Assembly: GCF_054482595.1 (NCBI RefSeq)
Contig: NZ_CM137008.1
DNA length: 64,000 nucleotides
Strand: one strand, 5' to 3'
The position numbers were made by a program, and so were the translations under genes. This document shows positions 19,880 to 32,975 of the stretch, in pieces. The notes beneath the pieces were generated by a model. It saw only the letters and a program-made list of their open reading frames with translations. It had not been told where the DNA came from and searched no databases. How positions within the stretch are numbered: the stretch's first letter is position 1; every line of letters starts with the position of its first letter.

Positions 19880-22552
19880 CTACAGCAAGCTCTTGACATA
19901 ACTGTCAATGTCGCTGATGTATTTTTCTATTCCTGGAACATCCTTCTCACGAATCAGATGTTCCAGCGTTTCACATAACTGCTTGCCGGGTACCAGATTT
20001 AGCATGGCAAATACGCCTTTAAGACGATGAGCCGTTTGGGCTAACGCAGCAAAGTCACTGGTTGCTGCTTCAGTATACAGCCTCTTAACATCATCCGGTA
20101 CTGTGTCTACAAAGAGCGCATAATAGCCGCTGGCATGGAGTTGCGCATTTTCATCTCCGCCCAGAGGCGATTCTGTCACCTCTTCCTGCGCCAGTTGCAC
20201 TTCAATTAATTGTAAGACCGCTTCCTGCATAGCGTTGCTCATATTGAAGTTGACGCACAATTGACCAGGCCCAATTTCCCGTACGCCAGACTCATCATCG
20301 CTTAAAAGCAAGCCAGAGGCAGTAAGATTAGACGGATTATCCGTTAAAAAGATATCATAATCTTGACTAATTAATCTTTCATCGGGTGTGATACAGGTTG
20401 CACCCCAATTTTCTAACTGGCGAGTGACAATATTCCGAATTTCTGCCGAAGTAACATCCACCATTACGCAGACATCATCCAGTAAACGCTCTTCTTCCTC
20501 TTCAACTTCCGGGTCAGCTGCGAGCATTTTGATATGCACAGAGTAGCGTGTACCAAGCCCATCCCGCGTTTTGATGTTTAAATGACCGCCCAGTTTACGT
20601 GCCAGTTGATCGCTCAGCCAGAATGCCAGCGGGTCCGCCTTGCCATAGCGATCGTTTTGGGTCTGGTTGATAAACGGGAAGTGCAAATTATCCATTTCAT
20701 GAATGCTTACGCCTTCTCCGGTGTCCAGAATGCGGAACGTCAGGCGGTCTTCGGAGGACTCATCCTGATCAACCTCAAGGGTGATTTTTCCCAATTGCGT
20801 TGAGGTCACGGCATATTGCATCAGTAGCAGCAAAATACGTCGTAAGGCATCGCGATCGCCGCGGCGCATATCGTGTGCTTTCAGATGATTGTTAATCAGC
20901 AGTTGCAGACCTTTACGCTTGATGGCAGGCAACACTGAAGGCACAACTTCATCTATTAAATCCTGCACGGAGAACAGCACCGTCTCACTTTTCCAGCTAT
21001 CGTCCGCAAGCATGTTCGCTAACTGTATTTCATCGACCAGCCGCACCAGCACATCTGCCTGATTCGCCAGTTGTTTGCTTTCCGGGGCATTGAGTTTAGC
21101 CGCGCTCTCCGCCAGGGACTGTGCGGGTTCTTTCAGCGCATCGCCAATGTTTTTCATAAAGGTCATCCGCCCCTGCTGGTTTTTCTCATACAGACGCTGC
21201 GCCTGCTTGAGTTTCTTGTTTACCAGCACTTCCCGATCCTGATCGCGAATAATGAAAATTTGTGTGCGCGGCGCGACCTGGCTGCGGAACATGCGGATCT
21301 CATACAGCTCGTTATTGATCGTCGCCTGAATAATCCCCTGATGCTGTTCCGCCATGGTGGTGATGTTTTGCAGATTCAAATGCGGCAGCAAATGATCGGC
21401 AATTTTGTTACTTATGACAGTGCGGTTCGATTCCTGATCGTGAACCAGCAGGCCGAGCGGCAGCAGTGAGACTATCTCTTCATTGATTGCCCGTAAAATG
21501 CGCAATTCGTTATTGACCGCCGTGTTGGGTAGACTTTCTGTACTGCGACTGGAGAAATGGCGAAATGTGGTATAGCCAAATAACGCCAGCGCCAGCAAAC
21601 CGATGTTCAGCAGCAGTGGCAGCAGAATGTTTTGCAACGTATCCAGCAATAAGGTGCCATAAGGAACCTGCCAGACCAGGCGCATATCGGTAGAGTTGAG
21701 TGCCGAGGAGATTTCAATCTTCGTACTGTTAAAGTGGATACTGACGCTATCCGTCCCTTCTTTCTCATTATCATTGTCTCCCGTTGCCGTCGCGTCTGGC
21801 TCAAGGCGGAAACTGTCCAGCGGCATACCCGGTGGGATCAAATCATTAATCGGCAGATCAAAAGCCACGACCGTTGCCAGATGTCCCGGCTGGTTGAACG
21901 TGGTACGCAAGGTAAAGTAATGACCGTTCTGCCAGGCCAGGCGGCGCATGTTAGAAAAACTTTCGCGTTCATCGAGGGCGTTGGCCTGTTGCAACATCTC
22001 TGCACGACGTGAATCAACAATGTCGCTGACGGTCGATTCTTTAAATCCGGAGGTGAGATCTTTAAGGGGTAGGGTTGAGATCAGCACCAGACTGTTATCC
22101 TGACCATTCAGGTAATACATCGACCACGGTACATTTTCTGCGCCCCACAATGTATCCAGATAAGTGGACATCCGCTGAGTCATCTCAAGCGTTGAGTTGT
22201 CGTGAGAGCCAAAGATTAACGCTTCCGTTTTGCGACGCGGTTTTTCCAGATAGTAGACATCCTGTTTCAGGCGCGTCTCTTGTAAACCTTCGCCGGAGGA
22301 GGGGGAGGTCGTCGCGGCAATGTTGTCGTAGATCTGCCAGGTCACGTAACGCCAGGTATCGACGCGCTTTTGGATAGCGTGGGTAATGTCGACAATCTGG
22401 TAACTTTTATCTTTCAGCCAGGCGTTAACGGCGCTTTGTACCATTACACCCATCGTCACCAGTAACACAATGATCAACAGTAAAAAGAAGCGGGTAATGC
22501 TCCCCGGTAGGAGTGAAAAGCGGGTCGTGGCCGTTGTCTCTTTCTGACGCAT
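19880..22552 (-). CDS. rcsD: Phosphotransfer intermediate protein RcsD
   Basis: 890 aa, two N-terminal TM helices, HK-like core, C-terminal HPt; immediately upstream of rcsB. Confidence 0.95.
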   Translation of the reverse strand: MRQKETTATTRFSLLPGSITRFFLLLIIVLLVTMGVMVQSAVNAWLKDKSYQIVDITHAIQKRVDTWRYVTWQIYDNIAATTSPSSGEGLQETRLKQDVYYLEKPRRKTEALIFGSHDNSTLEMTQRMSTYLDTLWGAENVPWSMYYLNGQDNSLVLISTLPLKDLTSGFKESTVSDIVDSRRAEMLQQANALDERESFSNMRRLAWQNGHYFTLRTTFNQPGHLATVVAFDLPINDLIPPGMPLDSFRLEPDATATGDNDNEKEGTDSVSIHFNSTKIEISSALNSTDMRLVWQVPYGTLLLDTLQNILLPLLLNIGLLALALFGYTTFRHFSSRSTESLPNTAVNNELRILRAINEEIVSLLPLGLLVHDQESNRTVISNKIADHLLPHLNLQNITTMAEQHQGIIQATINNELYEIRMFRSQVAPRTQIFIIRDQDREVLVNKKLKQAQRLYEKNQQGRMTFMKNIGDALKEPAQSLAESAAKLNAPESKQLANQADVLVRLVDEIQLANMLADDSWKSETVLFSVQDLIDEVVPSVLPAIKRKGLQLLINNHLKAHDMRRGDRDALRRILLLLMQYAVTSTQLGKITLEVDQDESSEDRLTFRILDTGEGVSIHEMDNLHFPFINQTQNDRYGKADPLAFWLSDQLARKLGGHLNIKTRDGLGTRYSVHIKMLAADPEVEEEEERLLDDVCVMVDVTSAEIRNIVTRQLENWGATCITPDERLISQDYDIFLTDNPSNLTASGLLLSDDESGVREIGPGQLCVNFNMSNAMQEAVLQLIEVQLAQEEVTESPLGGDENAQLHASGYYALFVDTVPDDVKRLYTEAATSDFAALAQTAHRLKGVFAMLNLVPGKQLCETLEHLIREKDVPGIEKYISDIDSYVKSLL

Positions 22553-22863
22553 TCGTGTTTATGACCTGTTAAAACTTCGCGAAGTGATAGGGCAGTATAA
22601 AGGGTACAGTGTGAAATTCCAGACTCTTACCTGATTGATGATTCTCTATTCTCCCGTGATATTTATCATCCTGCATTGGGGGAAATAGATGTACAAGCGC
22701 CATTTTACTGTACAAATAACCTACGAAAAGCCCAACGAAATTAATTGCAAATAAACGAAGATTGCTGGAAATTATGCTGATGTTAATTATTTGTGAAATA
22801 GTTAGCAAGGGTTATAGTTTTTCTGTGGTAGCACAGAATAATGAAAAGTGTGTAAAGAAGGGT

Positions 22864-22957
22864 AAAAAAAAACCGGATGCGAGGCATCCGGTTGAAATAG
22901 GGGTAAACAGACATTCAGAAATGAATGACGGTAATAAATAAAGTTAATGATGATAGC
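22864..22957 (-). ncRNA. micF: micF antisense sRNA (represses ompF)
   Basis: Minus-strand sequence GCTATCATCATTAACTTTATTTATTACCGTCATTCATTTCTGAATGTCTGTTTACCCCTATTTCAACCGGATGCCTCGCATCCGGTTTTTTTT, divergent from ompC. Confidence 0.9.
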
Positions 22958-23276
22958 GGGAGTTATTCTAGTTGCGAGTGAAGGTTTTGTTTTGACATTC
23001 AGTGCTGTCAAATACTTAAGAATAAGTTATTGATTTTAACCTTGAATTATCATTGCTTGATGTTAGGTGCTTATTTCGCCATTCCGCAATAATCTTAAAA
23101 AGTTCCCTTGCATTTACATTTTGAAACATCTATAGCGACAAATGAAACATCTTAAAAGTTTTAGTATCATATTCGTGTTGGATTATTCTGCATTTTTGGG
23201 GAGAATGGACTTGCCGACTGATTAATGAGGGTTAATCAGTATGCAGTGGCATAAAAAAGCAAATAAAGGCATATAA

Positions 23277-24419
<1,143 letters not shown>

Positions 24420-24437
24420 TCTCGATGGATATCGAAC

Positions 24438-24460
24438 AAAGGGCCTGCGGGCCCTTTTTT
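24438..24460 (+). terminator. Rho-independent terminator after ompC
   Basis: AGGGCC-TGCG-GGCCCT hairpin followed by TTTTTT. Confidence 0.7.
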
Positions 24461-24530
24461 CATTGTTTTCAGCGTACAAACTCAGTTTTTTGGTGTACTC
24501 TTGCGACCGTTCGCATGAGGATAATCACGT

Positions 24531-25586
24531 ATGGAAATAAGCTTTACCCGCGTGGCACTGCTGGCTGCCGCGCTCTTCTTTGTTGGTTGCGATCAAAAAC
24601 CACAACCCGCCAAAACCCACGCTACTGAAGTTACCGTTCTTGAAGGCAAAACCATGGGTACCTTCTGGCGTGCCAGCATCCCGGGCATTGACGCCAAACG
24701 CAGCGCCGAACTTAAAGAAAAGATTCAGACCCAGCTGGACGCCGACGATCAGCTGCTTTCGACCTATAAAAAAGATTCTGCGCTGATGCGCTTTAACGAC
24801 TCGCAAAGTTTGTCGCCGTGGCCGGTAAGTGAAGCGATGGCCGATATCGTCACCACCTCGCTGCGCATTGGCGCAAGGACCGATGGTGCGATGGATATAA
24901 CCGTCGGGCCGCTGGTGAATCTGTGGGGCTTTGGCCCGGAACAACAGCCGGTTCAAATTCCGAGCCAGGAACAGATCGATGCGATGAAAGCCAAAACCGG
25001 CTTACTGCACCTGACGGTCATTAATCAGTCGCATCAGCAATATCTGCAAAAAGACCTGCCGGATTTATATGTCGATCTCTCCACCGTCGGTGAAGGTTAT
25101 GCGGCGGATCACCTGGCACGCTTGATGGAGCAGGAAGGGATTTCCCGCTATCTGGTGTCGGTGGGCGGCGCGCTGAACAGCCGTGGTATGAACGGTGAAG
25201 GCCAGCCGTGGCGGGTAGCGATTCAAAAACCAACCGATAAAGAAAATGCGGTTCAGGCCGTGGTGGATATCAACGGTCATGGCATTAGCACCTCTGGCAG
25301 CTACCGTAACTATTACGAACTGGACGGCAAACGCCTTTCCCATGTTATCGATCCGCAAACCGGGCGTCCCATCGAACACAATCTGGTATCCGTGACGGTG
25401 ATTGCTCCGACGGCGCTGGAAGCCGATGCCTGGGATACTGGCTTGATGGTACTCGGGCCGGAGAAAGCCAAAGAGGTTGTTCGCCGGGAAGGGCTGGCGG
25501 TTTATATGATCACCAAAGAAGGCGATAGCTTTAAAACCTGGATGTCACCACAGTTTAAAAGCTTCCTTGTCAGCGAAAAAAATTAA
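24531..25586 (+). CDS. apbE: FAD:protein FMN transferase ApbE (lipoprotein)
   Basis: 351 aa; lipobox LLAAALFFVGC; ApbE family; synteny. Confidence 0.93.
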   Translation: MEISFTRVALLAAALFFVGCDQKPQPAKTHATEVTVLEGKTMGTFWRASIPGIDAKRSAELKEKIQTQLDADDQLLSTYKKDSALMRFNDSQSLSPWPVSEAMADIVTTSLRIGARTDGAMDITVGPLVNLWGFGPEQQPVQIPSQEQIDAMKAKTGLLHLTVINQSHQQYLQKDLPDLYVDLSTVGEGYAADHLARLMEQEGISRYLVSVGGALNSRGMNGEGQPWRVAIQKPTDKENAVQAVVDINGHGISTSGSYRNYYELDGKRLSHVIDPQTGRPIEHNLVSVTVIAPTALEADAWDTGLMVLGPEKAKEVVRREGLAVYMITKEGDSFKTWMSPQFKSFLVSEKN

Positions 25587-25659
25587 AGCGCAAGATTGTT
25601 GGTTTTTGCGTGATGGTGACCGGGCAGACTAAAGGCTATCCTTAACCAGGGAGCTGATT

Positions 25660-26724
25660 ATGAAAAACGCCACATGCTTAACTGACGATCAACGCTGGCA
25701 ATCTGTCTTAGCCCGCGACCCGAATGCCGACGGCGAATTCGTTTTCGCCGTGCGCACCACAGGCATCTTTTGCCGTCCGTCTTGCCGCGCCAGACATGCC
25801 TTGCGGGAAAATGTCTCCTTCTACGCAAATGCCAGCGAGGCACTCGCCGCCGGATTTCGCCCCTGCAAACGTTGTCAGCCAGACAAAGCCAATGCCCAGC
25901 AACATCGGTTGGATAAAATCACCCACGCGTGTCGACTGCTGGAACAGGAAACGCCTGTAACGTTGGAAGCCTTAGCCGACCAGGTGGCGATGAGTCCATT
26001 TTATCTACATCGGTTGTTTAAAGCGACTACCGGAATGACGCCTAAAGCCTGGCAACAGGCCTGGCGCGCTCGCCGTTTGCGCGAATCGCTGGCGAAAGGG
26101 GAGAGCGTGACGACGTCTATTCTTAACGCCGGATTCCCCGACAGCAGCAGTTACTACCGCAAAGCCGATGAAACGCTGGGCATGACGGCTAAACAATTCC
26201 GTCACGGTGGCGAAAATCTGGCGGTGCGTTACGCGCTGGCTGATTGTGCGCTGGGGCGTTGCCTGGTGGCAGAAAGCGAGCGGGGGATTTGCGCGATATT
26301 GCTGGGCGATGATGACGCGACACTAATCAGCGAGTTGCAGCAGATGTTTCCCGCTGCCGACAACGCGCCTGCCGATCTGACGTTTCAGCAACATGTGCGT
26401 GAAGTGATCGCCAGCCTCAATCAACGCGATACGCCGCTGACGTTACCGCTGGATATTCGCGGCACTGCTTTTCAGCAACAAGTCTGGCAGGCACTGCGCA
26501 CGATACCTTGCGGTGAAACCGTCAGTTATCAGCAACTGGCTAACGCCATCGGCAAACCGAAAGCGGTACGGGCCGTTGCAAGTGCCTGTGCCGCCAACAA
26601 GCTGGCTATCGTTATACCCTGTCATCGGGTAGTACGCGATGATGGATCGCTTTCAGGTTACCGCTGGGGCGCGTCGCGCAAAGCGCAACTGCTGCGCCGC
26701 GAAGCTGAGAATGAGGAGAGGTAA
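25660..26724 (+). CDS. ada: Bifunctional regulator / O6-methylguanine-DNA methyltransferase Ada
   Basis: 354 aa; N-terminal Cys4 (CRPSCRARHA...CKRC), AraC-type HTH, C-terminal PCHRV active site. Confidence 0.96.
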   Translation: MKNATCLTDDQRWQSVLARDPNADGEFVFAVRTTGIFCRPSCRARHALRENVSFYANASEALAAGFRPCKRCQPDKANAQQHRLDKITHACRLLEQETPVTLEALADQVAMSPFYLHRLFKATTGMTPKAWQQAWRARRLRESLAKGESVTTSILNAGFPDSSSYYRKADETLGMTAKQFRHGGENLAVRYALADCALGRCLVAESERGICAILLGDDDATLISELQQMFPAADNAPADLTFQQHVREVIASLNQRDTPLTLPLDIRGTAFQQQVWQALRTIPCGETVSYQQLANAIGKPKAVRAVASACAANKLAIVIPCHRVVRDDGSLSGYRWGASRKAQLLRREAENEER

Positions 26725-27374
26725 TGTTGGATCTGTTTGCCGATGCTGAACCGTGGCAAGAGCCACTGGCGGCTGGTGCGGTAATTTTACGGCGTTTTGC
26801 TTTTAATGCTGCGGAGCAACTGATCCGCGATATTAATGACGTTGCCAGCCAGTCGCCGTTTCGCCAGATGGTCACCCCCGGGGGATATACCATGTCGGTG
26901 GCGATGACCAACTGTGGGCATCTGGGCTGGACGACTCATCGGCAAGGTTATCTCTATTCGCCCATTGATCCGCAAACAAATAAACCGTGGCCCGCCATGC
27001 CGCAGAGTTTTCATAATTTATGTCAACGTGCGGCTACGGCGGCGGGCTATCCAGATTTCCAGCCAGATGCTTGTCTTATTAACCGCTACGCTCCTGGCGC
27101 GAAACTGTCGCTGCATCAGGATAAAGACGAACCGGATCTGCGCGCGCCAATTGTTTCTGTTTCTCTGGGCTTACCCGCGATTTTTCAATTTGGTGGCCTG
27201 AAACGTAATGATCCGCTCAAACGTTTGTTGTTGGAACATGGCGATGTGGTGGTATGGGGCGGTGAATCGCGGCTGTTTTATCACGGTATTCAACCGTTGA
27301 AAGCGGGGTTTCATCCACTCACCACCGACTGCCGCTACAACCTGACATTCCGTCAGGCAGGTAAAAAAGAATAA
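26724..27374 (+). CDS. alkB: Alpha-ketoglutarate-dependent dioxygenase AlkB
   Basis: 216 aa; start overlaps ada stop; LHQDKDE Fe-binding HxD motif. Confidence 0.96.
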   Translation: MLDLFADAEPWQEPLAAGAVILRRFAFNAAEQLIRDINDVASQSPFRQMVTPGGYTMSVAMTNCGHLGWTTHRQGYLYSPIDPQTNKPWPAMPQSFHNLCQRAATAAGYPDFQPDACLINRYAPGAKLSLHQDKDEPDLRAPIVSVSLGLPAIFQFGGLKRNDPLKRLLLEHGDVVVWGGESRLFYHGIQPLKAGFHPLTTDCRYNLTFRQAGKKE

Positions 27375-27449
27375 AAATAAGAATTATTATTGCTGTGCGC
27401 GCGAAGATGTTTAAACTGCGGGCTGTAATTCATTGTCCGGGTTTTCTGC

Positions 27450-29093
27450 ATGGAACTTCTTGTACTTGTCTGGCGGCAGTATCGCTGGCCATTTATCAGT
27501 GTGATGGCGCTAAGCCTCGCCAGTGCGGCTTTAGGCATTGGCTTAATTGCTTTTATCAATCAGCGCCTTATCGAAACGGCGGATACCAGTCTGCTGGTGT
27601 TGCCGGAGTTTCTGGGATTATTGCTGCTGTTGATGGCAGTCACTCTCGGATCGCAACTGGCGCTCACCACTTTGGGGCATCACTTCGTTTACCGACTGCG
27701 TAGTGAATTTATCAAGCGGATTCTGGATACCCACGTCGAGCGCATTGAACAACTCGGTAGCGCCTCGTTGCTGGCGGGATTAACCAGCGATGTGCGCAAT
27801 ATCACCATTGCTTTTGTGCGTCTGCCGGAACTTGTGCAGGGGATCATTCTCACTATCGGTTCCGCGGCGTATCTGTGGATGCTGTCGGGCAAAATGTTGC
27901 TGGTAACGGCTATCTGGATGGCGATCACCATCTGGGGCGGTTTTTTGCTGGTGGCGCGGGTGTACAAACATATGGCGACCCTGCGTGAAACCGAAGACAA
28001 GCTGTACACGGATTTTCAAACTGTACTTGAAGGGCGCAAAGAGCTGACTCTGAACCGGGAACGCGCCGAGTATGTGTTTAACAACCTCTACATTCCTGAT
28101 GCGCAAGAGTATCGCCATCATATTATCCGCGCAGACACCTTCCATCTTAGTGCCGTGAACTGGTCAAACATCATGATGCTGGGCGCTATCGGCCTGGTGT
28201 TCTGGATGGCGAACAGTCTCGGTTGGGCTGATACCAACGTTGCTGCGACCTATTCGTTGACGCTTTTATTCCTGCGTACGCCGCTGCTTTCGGCGGTTGG
28301 CGCATTGCCGACGCTGCTGACGGCGCAGGTGGCGTTTAACAAGCTGAACAAATTCGCGCTCGCGCCTTTCAAAGCAGAGTTTCCGCGCCCGCAGGCGTTT
28401 CCCAACTGGCAAACGCTGGAGCTGCGTAACGTGACGTTTGCTTATCAGGATAACGCGTTTTCCGTTGGTCCGATTAATCTCACCATCAAACGTGGCGAGC
28501 TGCTGTTTCTGATTGGCGGCAACGGTAGCGGAAAATCGACGCTGGCGATGTTGTTGACGGGCTTGTATCAGCCACAAAGCGGCGAAATCTTGCTGGATGG
28601 CAAACCTGTCAGCGGCGAACAACCGGAAGATTATCGCAAACTGTTTTCGGCAGTGTTTACCGATGTCTGGCTGTTTGATCAACTGCTGGGGCCGGAGGGT
28701 AAACCCGCTAACCCGCAACTGGTTGAGAAGTGGCTGGCGCAGCTGAAAATGGCTCATAAGCTTGAGTTAAGCAACGGGCGTATTGTTAACCTGAAGTTAT
28801 CAAAAGGGCAGAAAAAACGCGTGGCGCTGTTGCTGGCGCTGGCAGAAGAACGCGATATTATCCTGCTGGATGAATGGGCGGCGGATCAGGATCCACACTT
28901 CCGTCGTGAGTTTTATCAGGTGTTGCTGCCGCTGATGCAGGAGATGGGTAAAACTATTTTCGCTATCAGTCATGATGATCATTACTTTATCCACGCCGAC
29001 CGCCTGCTGGAAATGCGCAACGGGCAACTTAGCGAGCTGACGGGCGAAGAGCGCGATGCCGCTTCGCGTGATGCCGTTGCCCGGACGGCATAA
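27450..29093 (+). CDS. yojI: ABC transporter YojI (peptide/microcin J25 efflux)
   Basis: 547 aa; N-terminal TM domain, Walker [10 protein letters not shown], signature LSKGQKKR, Walker B ILLLDE. Confidence 0.93.
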   Translation: MELLVLVWRQYRWPFISVMALSLASAALGIGLIAFINQRLIETADTSLLVLPEFLGLLLLLMAVTLGSQLALTTLGHHFVYRLRSEFIKRILDTHVERIEQLGSASLLAGLTSDVRNITIAFVRLPELVQGIILTIGSAAYLWMLSGKMLLVTAIWMAITIWGGFLLVARVYKHMATLRETEDKLYTDFQTVLEGRKELTLNRERAEYVFNNLYIPDAQEYRHHIIRADTFHLSAVNWSNIMMLGAIGLVFWMANSLGWADTNVAATYSLTLLFLRTPLLSAVGALPTLLTAQVAFNKLNKFALAPFKAEFPRPQAFPNWQTLELRNVTFAYQDNAFSVGPINLTIKRGELLFLIGGNGSGKSTLAMLLTGLYQPQSGEILLDGKPVSGEQPEDYRKLFSAVFTDVWLFDQLLGPEGKPANPQLVEKWLAQLKMAHKLELSNGRIVNLKLSKGQKKRVALLLALAEERDIILLDEWAADQDPHFRREFYQVLLPLMQEMGKTIFAISHDDHYFIHADRLLEMRNGQLSELTGEERDAASRDAVARTA

Positions 29094-29298
29094 TATTACG
29101 ACGCTGACCTGGCGGACTGCTGCCGCCAGGTCAATATGCTAAAAATCCCTTCATTTCTAATAACCCTATAATTAATCAACGAAATTATAATGTTTCTAAA
29201 ATTAGAATATAATTTATAAACATTATTTAAATGTTGTTACTTAAGTGTTACCGTTGATGCCGCGCAAATCTCACCTGCAATAAAGCGACTAAAAGTAA

Positions 29299-30957
<1,659 letters not shown>

Positions 30958-31330
30958 TGATGTGCCACATCCGGCATGGTATGCCGGATGTGGCGTATGC
31001 TGATAAGACGCGCCAGCGTCGCATCAGGCAACCGGCTTGGGTGTTAGATGTCGGATGCGGCGTAACCGACTTATTCGACCTACGGAGTGGAGCACTTCAC
31101 AGCGGTGTAGGCCTGATAAGACGCGTCAGCGTCGCATCAGGCAACCGGCTCGGACGTTGGATGTCGGATGCGGCGTAACCGCCTTATCCGACCTATGGGG
31201 TGGAGCACTTCACAGCGGTGTAGGCCTGATAAGACGCGCCAGCGTCGCATCAGGCAACCGGCTCGGGCGTTAGATGTCGGATGCGGTGTAACCGCCTTAT
31301 CCAACCTATGGGGTGCCGCACTTCACGGCA
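30958..31330. repeat. BIME cluster: about three tandem ~125-bp units of REP palindromes
   Basis: Repeated TGATAAGACGCGCCAGCGTCGCATCAGGCAACCGGCT...GATGTCGGATGCGGCGTAACCGCCTTATCCGACCTA units read directly. Confidence 0.85.
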
Positions 31331-31332
31331 GT

Positions 31333-31821
31333 TTAGCGAACTACCGCGTTGTCAATTTTCTCTTCCGCCTTCCAGACGCGGTACTTCACATCTACATTGT
31401 CTGGCGTATACACCACGATCGGCAGCTTGCTGTTGTAACGCAGCATTCCAGCATCGCCCAGATACGCGGTGACAAATTTCTTCTCTTTCTTGCCATCCGG
31501 GCAGGCCATCATCGTGGAAACCGGCGAGCTAACTTTATCAAAGACATAATAATCATAGCCCCAGCCTTCCAGCGTTTTGCTTTCCAGCTTCCCGCCGAGA
31601 CGATGCAAATTGCAATCGACTTCCAGCGTCTGACCGATTAACAGTTCTACTTTCAGGGTAGATTCATCTTCTTGCGGGGTTAACTGAATCACCTGACGCT
31701 TCATGCCTTTTTCAGCTTGTGGATAAGGCGCGATTTTTTCCAGTGGCTGGACGCTCTCTGCCGCCCAGGCGGAAGTGGTGGCGAAAGCGGCAAACAATAC
31801 TGCAGGTAGAATGGTCTTCAT
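31333..31821 (-). CDS. eco: Serine protease inhibitor ecotin (162 aa)
   Basis: [20 protein letters not shown] signal then [14 protein letters not shown]...; trimmed from 197-aa ORF. Confidence 0.95.
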
Positions 31822-32227
31822 TTTTTGCTTTCCTTCTTCATTTATAGGTTTGCACCGATGATGTCGCTGAAGGTTAACATATTCATCAGATTTATTAATT
31901 TGCTTTATGAATAACTTAAAGAACATTCAGACAATTTTACCTGCTCTTTTAGTGTTAAATTCTGGCGAGAGAACAAGCCAGCAGAAATATCTCTGGTGAA
32001 TTAATCGCTATATAAATATGTTTATAACCATTTGAAATGTGAGCGAAAGCCCGTTTTTGCCACGCTTCCCGCCACTCTTTTGATCCTGCTACAGGTTTTA
32101 CCCCGATCGGGGTATGCATCTTTGACACATCCTTTAATATCTTAGCGGCTATAAAAATGGCTTATTAATTATGCGGTTTATTTGGTCGCTCTCAATTTTC
32201 AGAGCGCGTTAATGATGGAAGGTCAAT

Positions 32228-32722
32228 GTGAAGATTGATGCATCCCGTCGGGGCATACTCACTGGTCGCTGGCGCAAAGCCAGTAACGGTATCCGTCCGC
32301 CCTGGTCCGGTGATGAATCTCATTTTCTGACCCATTGCACCCGCTGCGATGCCTGTATTAATGCTTGTGAAAACAACATTCTGCAACGCGGCGCGGGCGG
32401 CTATCCGAGCGTTAATTTCAAAAACAACGAGTGCAGCTTCTGTTACGCCTGCGCGCAGGCTTGCCCCGAATCGCTATTTTCTCCGCGCCACACCAGGGCC
32501 TGGGATTTGCAGTTCACCATTGGGGACGCGTGCCTGGCGTATCAGTCAGTTGAATGCCGCCGCTGTCAGGATAGCTGTGAGCCAATGGCAATTATCTTTC
32601 GCCCGACGCTCTCCGGGATCTACCAGCCGCAACTTAATAGCCAACTTTGCAACGGATGTGGAGCATGTGCAGCCAGCTGTCCGGTATCAGCCATAACTGC
32701 GGAGTATCTCCATGCACACTAA
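32228..32722 (+). CDS. napF: Ferredoxin-type protein NapF
   Basis: 164 aa, multiple CxxCxxCxxxCP 4Fe-4S motifs. Confidence 0.93.
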   Translation: MKIDASRRGILTGRWRKASNGIRPPWSGDESHFLTHCTRCDACINACENNILQRGAGGYPSVNFKNNECSFCYACAQACPESLFSPRHTRAWDLQFTIGDACLAYQSVECRRCQDSCEPMAIIFRPTLSGIYQPQLNSQLCNGCGACAASCPVSAITAEYLHAH

Positions 32723-32975
32723 CTGGCAAGTTTGCAGCCTGGTCGTGCAGGCCAAAAGCGAACGAATTTCAGACATCAGCACCCAACTGAACGCCTTTCC
32801 CGGCTGTGAAGTTGCTGTCAGCGACGCGCCGAGCGGTCAGTTGATTGTGGTGGTGGAAGCAGAAGACAGCGAAACGCTGATCCAAACCATTGAGTCAGTA
32901 CGCAACGTAGAGGGCGTGCTGGCGGTGTCGCTGGTTTATCACCAGCAGGAAGAGCAAGGTGAGGAAACACCATGA
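32712..32975 (+). CDS. napD: NapA chaperone NapD
   Basis: 87 aa, [17 protein letters not shown]...; overlaps napF and napA. Confidence 0.92.
   Translation: MHTNWQVCSLVVQAKSERISDISTQLNAFPGCEVAVSDAPSGQLIVVVEAEDSETLIQTIESVRNVEGVLAVSLVYHQQEEQGEETP

Noticed and set aside
19213-19908. 231-aa extended RcsB reading frame
   Set aside because: The N-terminal 15 codons precede the conserved MNNMNVIIADDHP start; the 216-aa form was adopted.
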